DNA from: an uncultured bacterium
Lineage (GTDB): Bacteria > Patescibacteriota > Minisyncoccia > Phycocordibacterales > UBA6065
DNA length: 64,000 bases
Assembly: GCA_966243015.1 (NCBI GenBank)
Contig: CBIMES010000001.1
Location: 426,076 to 490,075, forward strand
Direction: 5' to 3'
Positions within the stretch are counted from its first letter, which is position 1, and every line of letters starts with the position of its first letter. Positions 18,086 through 26,683 of this stretch are shown here, in pieces. Below the pieces are notes generated by a model, which saw only the letters and a program-made list of their open reading frames with translations, did no database searches and was not told the origin of the DNA. The translations under genes and the position numbers were made by a program.

Positions 18086-20032
18086 ATGAACCCACAGGAC
18101 AATCAGCTCGACGCAAGCCTCGAAAGAATCCTCCCGAAGGACACCGCACCGGCCGCCGACAGGCGACAGGACGGAGGACGCGAGGGTGACGGCAAGAACC
18201 GACGAGGCCGCGGAAGCCGAGGCGGAAAGAACAGGCGCGGCAACAGACGCGGTCGCGGAGGACGCGGCTTCGGCGGCGCCCCACGAGCAGGATCAGCCTT
18301 CGGAGGCGTCGAGCCGATTGCCAAGCGCGAGCCCCAGGCCCCTATCCCGCCCCTCGGCGACAGCATCCGCGTCATCCCTCTCGGAGGAGTAGAGGAGATC
18401 GGCCGAAACATGACCGCGGTCGAGATCGGCAACGACATCATCGTCATCGACGCGGGCTTCGCCTTCAAGGACGAGAACACCCCGGGCATCGACTATATCC
18501 TCCCGAACACTAAGTACCTCGAGGAGCGCAAGGACAAGATCCGCGGCATCATCATCACCCACGGACACCTCGACCATATCGGAGGAATCCCATACGTCAT
18601 GGACCGCATCGGCAACCCGACCATGTACACCCGTAACCTCACGGCGATCATGGTCAAGAAGCGCCAGAGCGAGTTCCCTCACCTCCCGCCGCTCGACATC
18701 AAGACCGTCGAGAAGAACGACCGCATCAAGATGGGCAACACCTACGTGCGATTCTTCGCCGTCACCCACACGATTCCAGACTCGATGGGAATCATCATCG
18801 AGACCCCGTACGGCGCCATCGTCACCCCGGGTGACTACAAGCTCTCTCATGTGGGCGGCGTTCCCGTAGAGTCCGAGGAGGAAAGCTACTCTGTCTTCGA
18901 CAAGGAGAAGGTTCTCCTCATGTTCGCCGACTCGACGAACATCGAGAACCCTGGCTTCTCCACCCCTGAGAAGCTCGTTCACGAGAATCTCGACGAGATC
19001 ATCAGGAGCATTAAGGGCCGACTCATCATCGGAACCTTCGCCTCACAGCTCGAGCGCGTCTGCGCCATCATCAAGAGCGCCGAGAAGTACGGCAAGAAGG
19101 TCATCCTCGAGGGCCGCTCGATGAAGAACAACGTGGAAATCGCACAGATGGCGGGAATCCTCGAGGTCAAGAAAGGCACCCTTGCGAGCTCGACCGAGAT
19201 CGACTCACTCCCGCCGGACCGCATCGTCATTCTCGCCACCGGAGCCCAGGGAGAGGACTTCGCCGCCCTCATGCGCATGGCGACCAAGGCCCACAAGAAT
19301 ATCCATATCAACAAGCGAGACACCGTCCTCCTCTCGTCGTCGGTTATCCCGGGCAACGAGCGAACGGTCCAGAAGCTCAAGGACAACATCGCCCGACACG
19401 GAGCGAAGATCATCCACTACCGAACCTCGGACGTGTACATCCACTCGACTGGACACGGCAACCGAGGCGAGCTCGAGTGGCTCCACAAGAAGATCAAGCC
19501 GAAGTTCTTCATCCCTGTCCACGGCACGCACTACATGCTCCGCCTGCACTCTGACCTTGCGATCTCGCTCGGCATGCCCGAGGATCATGTCATCGTTCCC
19601 GACAACTGCGACATCATCGAGATCCAGGACAAGGGCGAGAAACTCGTGAAGCTCAAGGAGAAGGCCCCTAACGGCCTCATGATGGTGGACGGATTCTCCG
19701 TCGGCGACATCCAGGAAGTGGTCATCCGAGACCGCCAGATGCTTGCCCAGGATGGCATGTTCATCGTCTTCGGCATCCTCGACGCCCAGACCGGACGCCT
19801 CAGGAAGTCTCCCGATATCATCTCCCGAGGATTCGTGTACCTTCGAGAGTCGCAGGACCTCCTCCGAGACACCCGACACATCATCAAGAAGACCATCGAG
19901 GACTCGACTGACGGCATGAACCCAATCAATATCGACTTCGTGAAGGGCAACCTCACCGACGCGGTGTCCCGACACCTCTTCCAGGAGACGGCGAAGCGAC
20001 CCGTGGTCATCCCGGTGCTTCTCACCATCTAA
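18086..20032 (+). CDS. rnj: Ribonuclease J
   Basis: PLGGVEEIGRNM, THGHLDHIGG, HSTGHG and PVHG motifs; RG-rich N-terminal extension. Confidence 0.96.
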   Translation: MNPQDNQLDASLERILPKDTAPAADRRQDGGREGDGKNRRGRGSRGGKNRRGNRRGRGGRGFGGAPRAGSAFGGVEPIAKREPQAPIPPLGDSIRVIPLGGVEEIGRNMTAVEIGNDIIVIDAGFAFKDENTPGIDYILPNTKYLEERKDKIRGIIITHGHLDHIGGIPYVMDRIGNPTMYTRNLTAIMVKKRQSEFPHLPPLDIKTVEKNDRIKMGNTYVRFFAVTHTIPDSMGIIIETPYGAIVTPGDYKLSHVGGVPVESEEESYSVFDKEKVLLMFADSTNIENPGFSTPEKLVHENLDEIIRSIKGRLIIGTFASQLERVCAIIKSAEKYGKKVILEGRSMKNNVEIAQMAGILEVKKGTLASSTEIDSLPPDRIVILATGAQGEDFAALMRMATKAHKNIHINKRDTVLLSSSVIPGNERTVQKLKDNIARHGAKIIHYRTSDVYIHSTGHGNRGELEWLHKKIKPKFFIPVHGTHYMLRLHSDLAISLGMPEDHVIVPDNCDIIEIQDKGEKLVKLKEKAPNGLMMVDGFSVGDIQEVVIRDRQMLAQDGMFIVFGILDAQTGRLRKSPDIISRGFVYLRESQDLLRDTRHIIKKTIEDSTDGMNPINIDFVKGNLTDAVSRHLFQETAKRPVVIPVLLTI

Positions 20033-20056
20033 GCCACACCGCCCTGTGTGGCCCCG

Positions 20057-20086
20057 AAAAAAGGCTCAGTGCACTGAGCCTTTTTT
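20057..20086. repeat. Dispersed palindrome copy 1 (GGCTCAGTGCACTGAGCC), terminator-like
   Basis: 30-bp perfect palindrome A6-GGCTCAGTGCACTGAGCC-T6 after rnj. Confidence 0.8.
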
Positions 20087-20109
20087 CTTTGTGCTAAAAT
20101 ATACCCACT

Positions 20110-21297
20110 ATGCCAGAAGAAAAAATCCTGTCCTCGAAGCGCGCGATGATGTACTTCATCGGCTTCATCTTCAACCTCAGCTACGCAATCCCGACCTACA
20201 TCAACTCGACCTTCCTCAGCAAAATCCTCACGGACGGCGGCGTACCGGGCGGCGAGGCCCTTGTGGGTATCATCTATGCGGCGGGATCAATAGGCGCCAT
20301 CGCCAGCTTCATCGAGATGCCGCGCATCCTCAAGCGCTTCGGCAACCTCAAGACCACCCTTGGCCTCCTCGCCATCAACCTCGTGTCGCTCATAGGTATG
20401 ATTATGGGCGGCGGGCCGCTCGCCGTGGTCTTCTCGTTCATCCTCAACTTTGTGGCCATAGCGTTGACCAACTACACCATCGACATGTTCCTGGAGAGCT
20501 TCTCCTCGAACGCGTCGACGGGCAAGATCCGCGGCACCTTCCTCACCTCAGTGAACGCGGCCTGGCTCATCTCCCCGGTCATCGCGCCGCTCATCCTCGG
20601 CCAGGACCAGTACGTGAATGTCTACATCGTAAGCGCCCTGCTCCTCGTACCAACCCTCGGCGTCGTCTACGCAACCCTCAAGAAGTTCCAGGACCCCACC
20701 TATAACCGCATCCCATTCTGGCAAAGCATCGGAGAGATCTGGACCAACAGGAACATGCGAGGGGTGCTCATCTCCCAGCTCTTCCTCCAGTTCTTCTACG
20801 CCTGGATGGTCATCTACATGCCGATATACCTTCACGAGACCGTCGGCTTCGAGTGGACCACCATCGGCATCATCTTCAGCATCATGCTCCTGCCGTTCGT
20901 CCTCATCGAGGCCCCGCTCGGGCGCCTCGCGGACTCAAAGTACGGCGAGAAGGAGATGCTCTCGATTGGCTTCGTCATCATGGCCGTCTGCGTATTCCTC
21001 ATCCCATTCGTAACCGACCATAATGCCGTCGTCTGGGCAACCATCCTCTTCACGAGCCGCATCGGCGCGGCCATGGTAGAAATCATGGCGGACACCTACT
21101 TCTTCAAGCAGGTGAACGCAGCCAACGCCCACCTCATCAGCTTCGCCCGCATCATGCGACCGCTGGCCTACATCATCAGCCCCATCGCGGCAACCGTCCT
21201 CTTCATCGCCTTCGACATCAAGGCACTCTTCATATTCCTCGGCTTCCTGCTCGTATACGCCCTGAGATTCAGCATGTCGCTCGTCGACACGAAGTAG
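20110..21297 (+). CDS. MFS transporter
   Basis: About 12 hydrophobic segments; GRLADSKYG motif A. Confidence 0.88.
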   Translation: MPEEKILSSKRAMMYFIGFIFNLSYAIPTYINSTFLSKILTDGGVPGGEALVGIIYAAGSIGAIASFIEMPRILKRFGNLKTTLGLLAINLVSLIGMIMGGGPLAVVFSFILNFVAIALTNYTIDMFLESFSSNASTGKIRGTFLTSVNAAWLISPVIAPLILGQDQYVNVYIVSALLLVPTLGVVYATLKKFQDPTYNRIPFWQSIGEIWTNRNMRGVLISQLFLQFFYAWMVIYMPIYLHETVGFEWTTIGIIFSIMLLPFVLIEAPLGRLADSKYGEKEMLSIGFVIMAVCVFLIPFVTDHNAVVWATILFTSRIGAAMVEIMADTYFFKQVNAANAHLISFARIMRPLAYIISPIAATVLFIAFDIKALFIFLGFLLVYALRFSMSLVDTK

Positions 21298-21298
21298 C

Positions 21299-21326
21299 GA
21301 AAAGCCGGCTGCGAGCCGGCTTTTCG
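21299..21326. terminator. Bidirectional intrinsic terminator
   Basis: GAAAAGCCGGCT-GCG-AGCCGGCTTTTC between convergent genes. Confidence 0.75.
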
Positions 21327-21330
21327 CTAC

Positions 21331-21573
21331 CTAAAGAGACACGCTTCCCGATATGGCGTCCTTTGCCTCGATCATCTTCTCGAGGTAACGACGGAGATTT
21401 GCCTTGTCCGCGTCGGTAAGCGTCTCGGATGCGTAGAACTTCGAGAAGGTCTTGAGGAACAAGCTCACGACGTCGTTGAAGTACCTCACCTGTATGGGCC
21501 TCTCCTGCTGGATGAGATTGATGTCTCGGAGCACGCGCACGTGCCGGGTTATGACGTAGGTTTGAATACTCAT
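21331..21573 (-). CDS. Hypothetical protein (80 aa)
   Basis: ATG ORF 12 nt downstream of radC, ending at the terminator. Confidence 0.6.
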   Translation of the reverse strand: MSIQTYVITRHVRVLRDINLIQQERPIQVRYFNDVVSLFLKTFSKFYASETLTDADKANLRRYLEKMIEAKDAISGSVSL

Positions 21574-21585
21574 GGCGATGTGTGA

Positions 21586-22323
21586 TTATTCGTAAATGAC
21601 GGGCACGCTCGTGTACTTGCCCTTGCCGACGATGACGTGGTCGATGAGGGCGACACCCATGATTTTTCCCGCACTCACGAGCTGCTTGGTGATCTCGATG
21701 TCGGCCGCACTCGCCATGACCATTCCCGAAGGATGGTTATGGACCAGAATGACCGCGGCGGCGCCGTATTCGAGGGCAGGCTTGAAGACCTCGCGCGGAT
21801 GGATGATGTTCGCATCGAGGGTACCCATGGACAATACCTCGTCGTGCACCACGCGATGATGGCCGTTCACGTATATGCCCCGCAGGTACTCCTTGGGTAG
21901 GTCATGCATGTCGCGCACATAGGCCGACACGTCCTTGGCGTTCCTGATGCTTATGTTCCTTCCTCCCGACTTCTTGAAGAACCTGCGGCCAAGCTCGCTT
22001 GAGGCAACGACCTGGCAAGCCTTGCCGATCGGTATGCCGATCTCCTCGGACAGCTTCTTGGCGTCGTCAAAGGAAGCAAAGCTTTTCTCCCCGTACTCCC
22101 TGATGATGCGGGAGGCCATGGTCATGACGTCCTCCTTGACGGTGCCCGTGTTGAGGATGACGGCGACGAGTTCGATGATCGAGAGGACGGAGGGACCGTG
22201 CTGTATGAGCTTCTCGCGCGGCTTCTCGGCCTCGGGAAGGTCGCGAAGCTTATACACGTACTGACGCTCGCCGTCGAGCGTCATAAGCCGATCTGAATTC
22301 TGTATGGAATAGATGCCGCTCAT
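21586..22323 (-). CDS. radC: RadC (JAB/MPN domain) protein
   Basis: KPREKL, HPREVF, HNHPSG...S..D, DHVIV. Confidence 0.93.
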   Translation of the reverse strand: MSGIYSIQNSDRLMTLDGERQYVYKLRDLPEAEKPREKLIQHGPSVLSIIELVAVILNTGTVKEDVMTMASRIIREYGEKSFASFDDAKKLSEEIGIPIGKACQVVASSELGRRFFKKSGGRNISIRNAKDVSAYVRDMHDLPKEYLRGIYVNGHHRVVHDEVLSMGTLDANIIHPREVFKPALEYGAAAVILVHNHPSGMVMASAADIEITKQLVSAGKIMGVALIDHVIVGKGKYTSVPVIYE

Positions 22324-22414
22324 AGATATGATTCTATGAGTCTAGCAAAGGGTCAATCGAACCAATATAAAATAAAAATAAAGAAACCCATCAGACCACG
22401 GATGAACGCCTCGC

Positions 22415-23173
22415 CTACGCGAGCTTCACGCACTCGAGGCACATGAACATAGGTATCTCCTTGCGGGACTTGTCCTCGGCCTGCTTGCGCGGGCCCTTCT
22501 CGCTCTCCTTGTGCGACATCCACTCCTCGATGCGGAGGATGGCGAAGCCCGCGTTGGCGAGCATCTTGGAATAGTTCTGAAGCGGCCTATGGAAGGACAC
22601 CGTAAGCTCCTTGAGCCCCGCGTCCTTGGTGCCGGGATTCATGTCGACGGTCTTGCGGGACTCTGACATGTACTCATCAACCCTGCGGTACTGCGTGCCG
22701 GTGGCACCGTCCCAGCCCCACGAGGTCTTGTCGGGAATGCGGAAGGCGGGATGGTTGAGGACGATGACGTAGCGACCCTTCGACCCCAGGACGCGCGACG
22801 CCTCCTTGAAGGTCTTCGCCGCGTGCTCGATATTCTGGATAGCAAGCACAGTCATGGCGCCATCGAACATGCCGTCCCGAAGCACGGAAAGGCTGTCGGC
22901 CGAGGAGACGTAATATTCCTCGTTGTGGCCAGCGTGCTTCTTGGCTATCTCAATGAGCTCCGGCGCAATGTCCACGCCGATTATCGACGCGCCCTTGGCG
23001 GCAAGCGCGCGGGAAAAGACGCCCTGCCCGCAGGCGAGATCAAGGATGAGCTTCCCCTTCTGGGGATTCATGATGCGGATGATGTTCGGCAGAATAACCT
23101 TGTTCTGGTACGAGTCGTCGTCGTTCACGACGCCGTCATACCAGTCGGCAACCCCACCCCAGGACGTCTTCAT
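22415..23173 (-). CDS. Class I SAM-dependent methyltransferase
   Basis: ILDLACGQG motif I, GVDI. Start moved to ATG 23173 (MKTSWGG) to avoid overlap with the upstream gene. Confidence 0.9.
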   Translation of the reverse strand: MKTSWGGVADWYDGVVNDDDSYQNKVILPNIIRIMNPQKGKLILDLACGQGVFSRALAAKGASIIGVDIAPELIEIAKKHAGHNEEYYVSSADSLSVLRDGMFDGAMTVLAIQNIEHAAKTFKEASRVLGSKGRYVIVLNHPAFRIPDKTSWGWDGATGTQYRRVDEYMSESRKTVDMNPGTKDAGLKELTVSFHRPLQNYSKMLANAGFAILRIEEWMSHKESEKGPRKQAEDKSRKEIPMFMCLECVKLA

Positions 23174-23181
23174 GGCGTTGT

Positions 23182-23556
23182 CTATGCGCTCTTCTTCTTT
23201 GCAGAAGGCTTCTTGGCGGTCTTCTTCTTTCCGGCAGTCCTCTTGATGCCATCCCAATGCCTCTTCATGTCGGCAATGAAGGCCGCGAGCTCGACGGCGT
23301 CGATGGTCTTAATGGCGTTGTACTTCTTGGCGACGGCGTCGACGGCGGTCGAATAGGCAGACTCAGTGATGTCCTGAACTCCCTCGAGCTTCTCGAGGAC
23401 CTCGCCCTTCGCCTTGAGCATCCAGCCCTTTACCTGGGCGCGGTTCTTGGGGGCATTCTTGCTGCCGTAGAGGTAATACGCTCCGACCGCGGCCGCGGTG
23501 AGACCGGCGATGCCCGCTGCGATAGTCCCGGCGTGTGATGATGATTTCTTTGGCAT
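23182..23556 (-). CDS. YtxH-like protein with Lys-rich tail
   Basis: AGLTAAAVGAYYLYG anchor followed by an amphipathic helical region. Confidence 0.65.
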   Translation of the reverse strand: MPKKSSSHAGTIAAGIAGLTAAAVGAYYLYGSKNAPKNRAQVKGWMLKAKGEVLEKLEGVQDITESAYSTAVDAVAKKYNAIKTIDAVELAAFIADMKRHWDGIKRTAGKKKTAKKPSAKKKSA

Positions 23557-23570
23557 GGTGATTGTGGTGT

Positions 23571-23888
23571 TTAGTTGGTAACCTCGGTCTTCTCCGCCTT
23601 CGGCTTCCTCGTCGCCTTCTTTTCAGTATCCCTCACGAAGAAGGTCCTGACCAGATGGGTGACGTGCCTCCACTTCACGCCCTCGTCGCGAAGCGCCGCG
23701 CGAAGCCTCTTCGAATCGGCGACGATCTCGCCGCTCTCCGCCTTGATAGTGTCAGATATGTCGCGGGCGTTTCTCAGTATCTTGATGACGTAGAAGAGGG
23801 CGATTCCAGCGGCAATCGTCAGCACGACGAGCGATACCGTCGAGATAAAGAAGAAGATGTCTGCGTGGATGAGGGATTCGTTTGGCAT
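23571..23888 (-). CDS. Single-TM coiled-coil hypothetical protein
   Basis: N-terminal TM helix, in an operon-like run. Confidence 0.7.
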   Translation of the reverse strand: MPNESLIHADIFFFISTVSLVVLTIAAGIALFYVIKILRNARDISDTIKAESGEIVADSKRLRAALRDEGVKWRHVTHLVRTFFVRDTEKKATRKPKAEKTEVTN

Positions 23889-23898
23889 GATTGTGCGT

Positions 23899-24441
23899 TT
23901 AATCCTCTAATGAAAACTTGACGGGGACCTCAATGTTAGCGTCGTTCTCGGGAAGGCCGCTCGGATTGTCCTTGCTAAAACGCACGACGCCCTCGGTGTT
24001 TCCCTTCGGGTCAAACTTCACGGTGGCGACGAACGGAACGAACTCCGTCGTCATCCAGTCACCCTCGGCCTGGGCAACGCCCTGTCCGAGTAAGGTACCG
24101 TCAGGGGCAAGGATCGAGACCGGGAATGACGCCTCGAAGTACCAGCCGCCGCGGGCCTCCCCCGTAAGGGTCACTGTCGTCGAGGCAATCGCGGTCGTGC
24201 TGTCGATGTCGACCCTGATCATGTCGCTCGTAATCGGCGTCTCAATGTGCTCGACGTAGGTGATGCCCGTTTTCTGATCGGCACACTGGCGAGGATACGA
24301 CTCCATGACTGGGTTGTTCGCCGCGACGCACGTGACGAAGTCCTCGACCTTTGGCCTGCGGCCTATGTCGAGAACGAGGAATCCGTAGAGGACGACCGCG
24401 ACGGCAACTACAACGGCGATGATTTTGAAATAGTTCTTCAT
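23899..24441 (-). CDS. Gmad2 immunoglobulin-like domain protein
   Basis: GEARGGWYFEASFPV, WMTTEFVPF, KDNPSGLPEN. Confidence 0.85.
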   Translation of the reverse strand: MKNYFKIIAVVVAVAVVLYGFLVLDIGRRPKVEDFVTCVAANNPVMESYPRQCADQKTGITYVEHIETPITSDMIRVDIDSTTAIASTTVTLTGEARGGWYFEASFPVSILAPDGTLLGQGVAQAEGDWMTTEFVPFVATVKFDPKGNTEGVVRFSKDNPSGLPENDANIEVPVKFSLED

Positions 24442-24450
24442 GTGATGTGA

Positions 24451-25203
24451 TTATCGAATCGTGAAGGCAGCTCTGACCGTCACCATGACCTGCTTGTCGA
24501 TGCGGGACGTGTCATAGGCCCCGTAGTCAGAGACTTCGACTGAATTCGCCGGCAGAACCTGAACGACGCCCTGGGCGGCTGACTTGAGCGTGCCTATTGA
24601 CCGACCGCTTGACTCGGCTATGATCGCGGCGCGAGCCTTCGCGTCCTTCACGGCGTCAGCGAGGAGTGAGACGCGAAGCTCGGGAAGCTTCGAGTAATAG
24701 TACTCGAGCGACTGGGTCTGGAAGATGACGCCTTGCGATGCAAGGACCGAGGCGTCCTTGGCGAGAGTCGTGACCGCGCCGACGTCGGCCGAGGAGAGCT
24801 CGACGGTCTGGCCGAGAGTGTACTGCTTCTCCCTGTTCTCCGATCCCTGGCTGTAGTCGTAGACCTCGTACATGCTGACCGGCGAGATAATAAGGGAATC
24901 AGCGGAAACACCTCGAGACGTGTAGAATTCCTGGACCTTCTTGAGGTCAGCAGCCATCTGATCGTAACCCTGCTTGAGGCTGGACACCTTCACCTGCCTG
25001 CTGAAGTTCGTGATCCACTTGACCTGGTCCGACGTCACGTTCATACGCGCCGAGCCTGTGACCGAGAGAGAGTCGTCGAACGACCTCACCTTATAGAAGG
25101 AGAAGGCGCCGACGAGCGTCGAGAGGAGAAGGCTCGCGCCGATAACGATGCCGAGCGTGACGAGCGAAGAAGGGAGCGACGAGGAATTGTTTGATGAAGG
25201 CAT
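24451..25203 (-). CDS. SIMPL domain protein (DUF541)
   Basis: LSVTGSA, AVKDAKARA, VMVTVRAAF. Start moved to ATG 25203, after TGgTATCAT. Confidence 0.85.
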   Translation of the reverse strand: MPSSNNSSSLPSSLVTLGIVIGASLLLSTLVGAFSFYKVRSFDDSLSVTGSARMNVTSDQVKWITNFSRQVKVSSLKQGYDQMAADLKKVQEFYTSRGVSADSLIISPVSMYEVYDYSQGSENREKQYTLGQTVELSSADVGAVTTLAKDASVLASQGVIFQTQSLEYYYSKLPELRVSLLADAVKDAKARAAIIAESSGRSIGTLKSAAQGVVQVLPANSVEVSDYGAYDTSRIDKQVMVTVRAAFTIR

Positions 25204-25222
25204 ACCCTCATGATACCACCCT

Positions 25223-25705
25223 TTACGAGAGCGCAACAAGAATAAACGTCACGAGGAACGCGACGCCCAGAAGCACGTTAATCGCGATGCCCGCGACCGC
25301 GCCGACGAGCGCGCCCGAGGCCGCGCGGACGGCGCGGCCACCGTCTCTCCTATATCTCATCTCCGCGACAAGGACAGCGACAAAAAGGCCACCGAGTGAG
25401 CCCAGAGGCGGAAACAAAAGCGTGCCAAGAAAAGCGCCGACGACTCCCCACAGCAGGGACTTGGCGTGGGCGCCGCCGTACTTCGCGCCCACCAGCCCCG
25501 CGAGGTTATCCACAACAAACGACACGACCACAAAGCCACCGAGGGCGAGGACGTTGCCAAGGGTGAGCGTCGTGAATCCATCATAGAATCCAAAGAGGAT
25601 CGCGACGACAAGCATGTACGCGAGCGTCGGGAACATAGGCACGAAGGCGAGAGGTATGCCCGCAGCGACAAAGACCGACGCGGCGATAAGTGCGACGGTG
25701 TGCAT
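25223..25705 (-). CDS. DUF456 family membrane protein
   Basis: DNLAGLVGAKYGG, WGVVGAFLG. Confidence 0.85.
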   Translation of the reverse strand: MHTVALIAASVFVAAGIPLAFVPMFPTLAYMLVVAILFGFYDGFTTLTLGNVLALGGFVVVSFVVDNLAGLVGAKYGGAHAKSLLWGVVGAFLGTLLFPPLGSLGGLFVAVLVAEMRYRRDGGRAVRAASGALVGAVAGIAINVLLGVAFLVTFILVALS

Positions 25706-25716
25706 GAAGTGTATAT

Positions 25717-26265
25717 TTAAGCCTTAACCTCCCCACCCTTTCGCATAGAAAGAGTCAGGACAAGAGCGATGAGAAGAAACGCCGAGAAGGCCATGAGGGG
25801 AATCGTAATATAGCCGAACTGAAAAACCGATCGCTGGGTGCATGAGACCGAGACGCCGACGGCGCTGCACGGAAGGTCGGTGACACCAAGCTGGCCGAGA
25901 TAATGGAACAGAGCGATGGCGGCGCCGATTATCGAAAGGGCCGCGCCATAGAGCTTCACGGCAGAATCCCTGACGATAAGGGCAAGCGTCATGAGCAGCA
26001 CCTGAGGGTACATGAAGATGCGCTGGAACCAGCAGAACGTGCACGGGGCGTAGCCAATAATATCCGAGTAGGTGAGGCTTCCAACCGTCGCGATCGTGGA
26101 CACGACGAGCGCGATGAGTATCCCCCTCTTCTTTATGAGCGAGATGACGGGAAGAGACTCAATCTTCTTCGAATAGAGAGATGCGACGAGAAACACCGAG
26201 ACGATCTGAGCGGCGACCGTGAGCGAGCTCAGGACCGTGTTGAATATCGAGGTAAACTGCTGCAT
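25717..26265 (-). CDS. Disulfide bond formation protein B (DsbB/BdbC-like)
   Basis: PCTFCWFQRIFMYP, a second Cys pair, GYITIPLM. Confidence 0.9.
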   Translation of the reverse strand: MQQFTSIFNTVLSSLTVAAQIVSVFLVASLYSKKIESLPVISLIKKRGILIALVVSTIATVGSLTYSDIIGYAPCTFCWFQRIFMYPQVLLMTLALIVRDSAVKLYGAALSIIGAAIALFHYLGQLGVTDLPCSAVGVSVSCTQRSVFQFGYITIPLMAFSAFLLIALVLTLSMRKGGEVKA

Positions 26266-26276
26266 GTGAGTCGGGG

Positions 26277-26657
26277 TTATTTTGCGTCAACAACGAGCGG
26301 GCACTGAGTAAGGGTCGAGAGCTCGGCGAGCGTCGCCTCCCCTGTCTTGCGCGATCCGTCCGCGAACTCCCAGGTCGGATAGCTCTTTACGCCAGCATCA
26401 GTACAGGCCTGGGTCTGACCCTGACCGTTCGGAGTGGAGCACTCGACGTACGGGAGATGCTTTGCGGACTTTCCGAAGAGGGCCTTCTGCGCCTGGCAGT
26501 GAGGGCACCAGAACGCGCCATAGAACTTCGTGCCGCTGTCGGCGATGCACGAGGCGAACGTGTCGTACTTGCCTGGTCGGCCAGAGTACCAGACGATGGC
26601 GCCGATGATGAGGATGACCGCCGCGACGGTCACAATCCATGATGTGTATGTTTTCAT
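26277..26657 (-). CDS. Membrane-anchored thioredoxin-like protein (VKOR-associated type)
   Basis: FYGAFWCPHCQAQK, YVECS, YPTW. Start moved to ATG 26657, after TAGAAT. Confidence 0.88.
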   Translation of the reverse strand: MKTYTSWIVTVAAVILIIGAIVWYSGRPGKYDTFASCIADSGTKFYGAFWCPHCQAQKALFGKSAKHLPYVECSTPNGQGQTQACTDAGVKSYPTWEFADGSRKTGEATLAELSTLTQCPLVVDAK

Positions 26658-26683
26658 ACGCACCATTCTACCGACAGAGAGGG

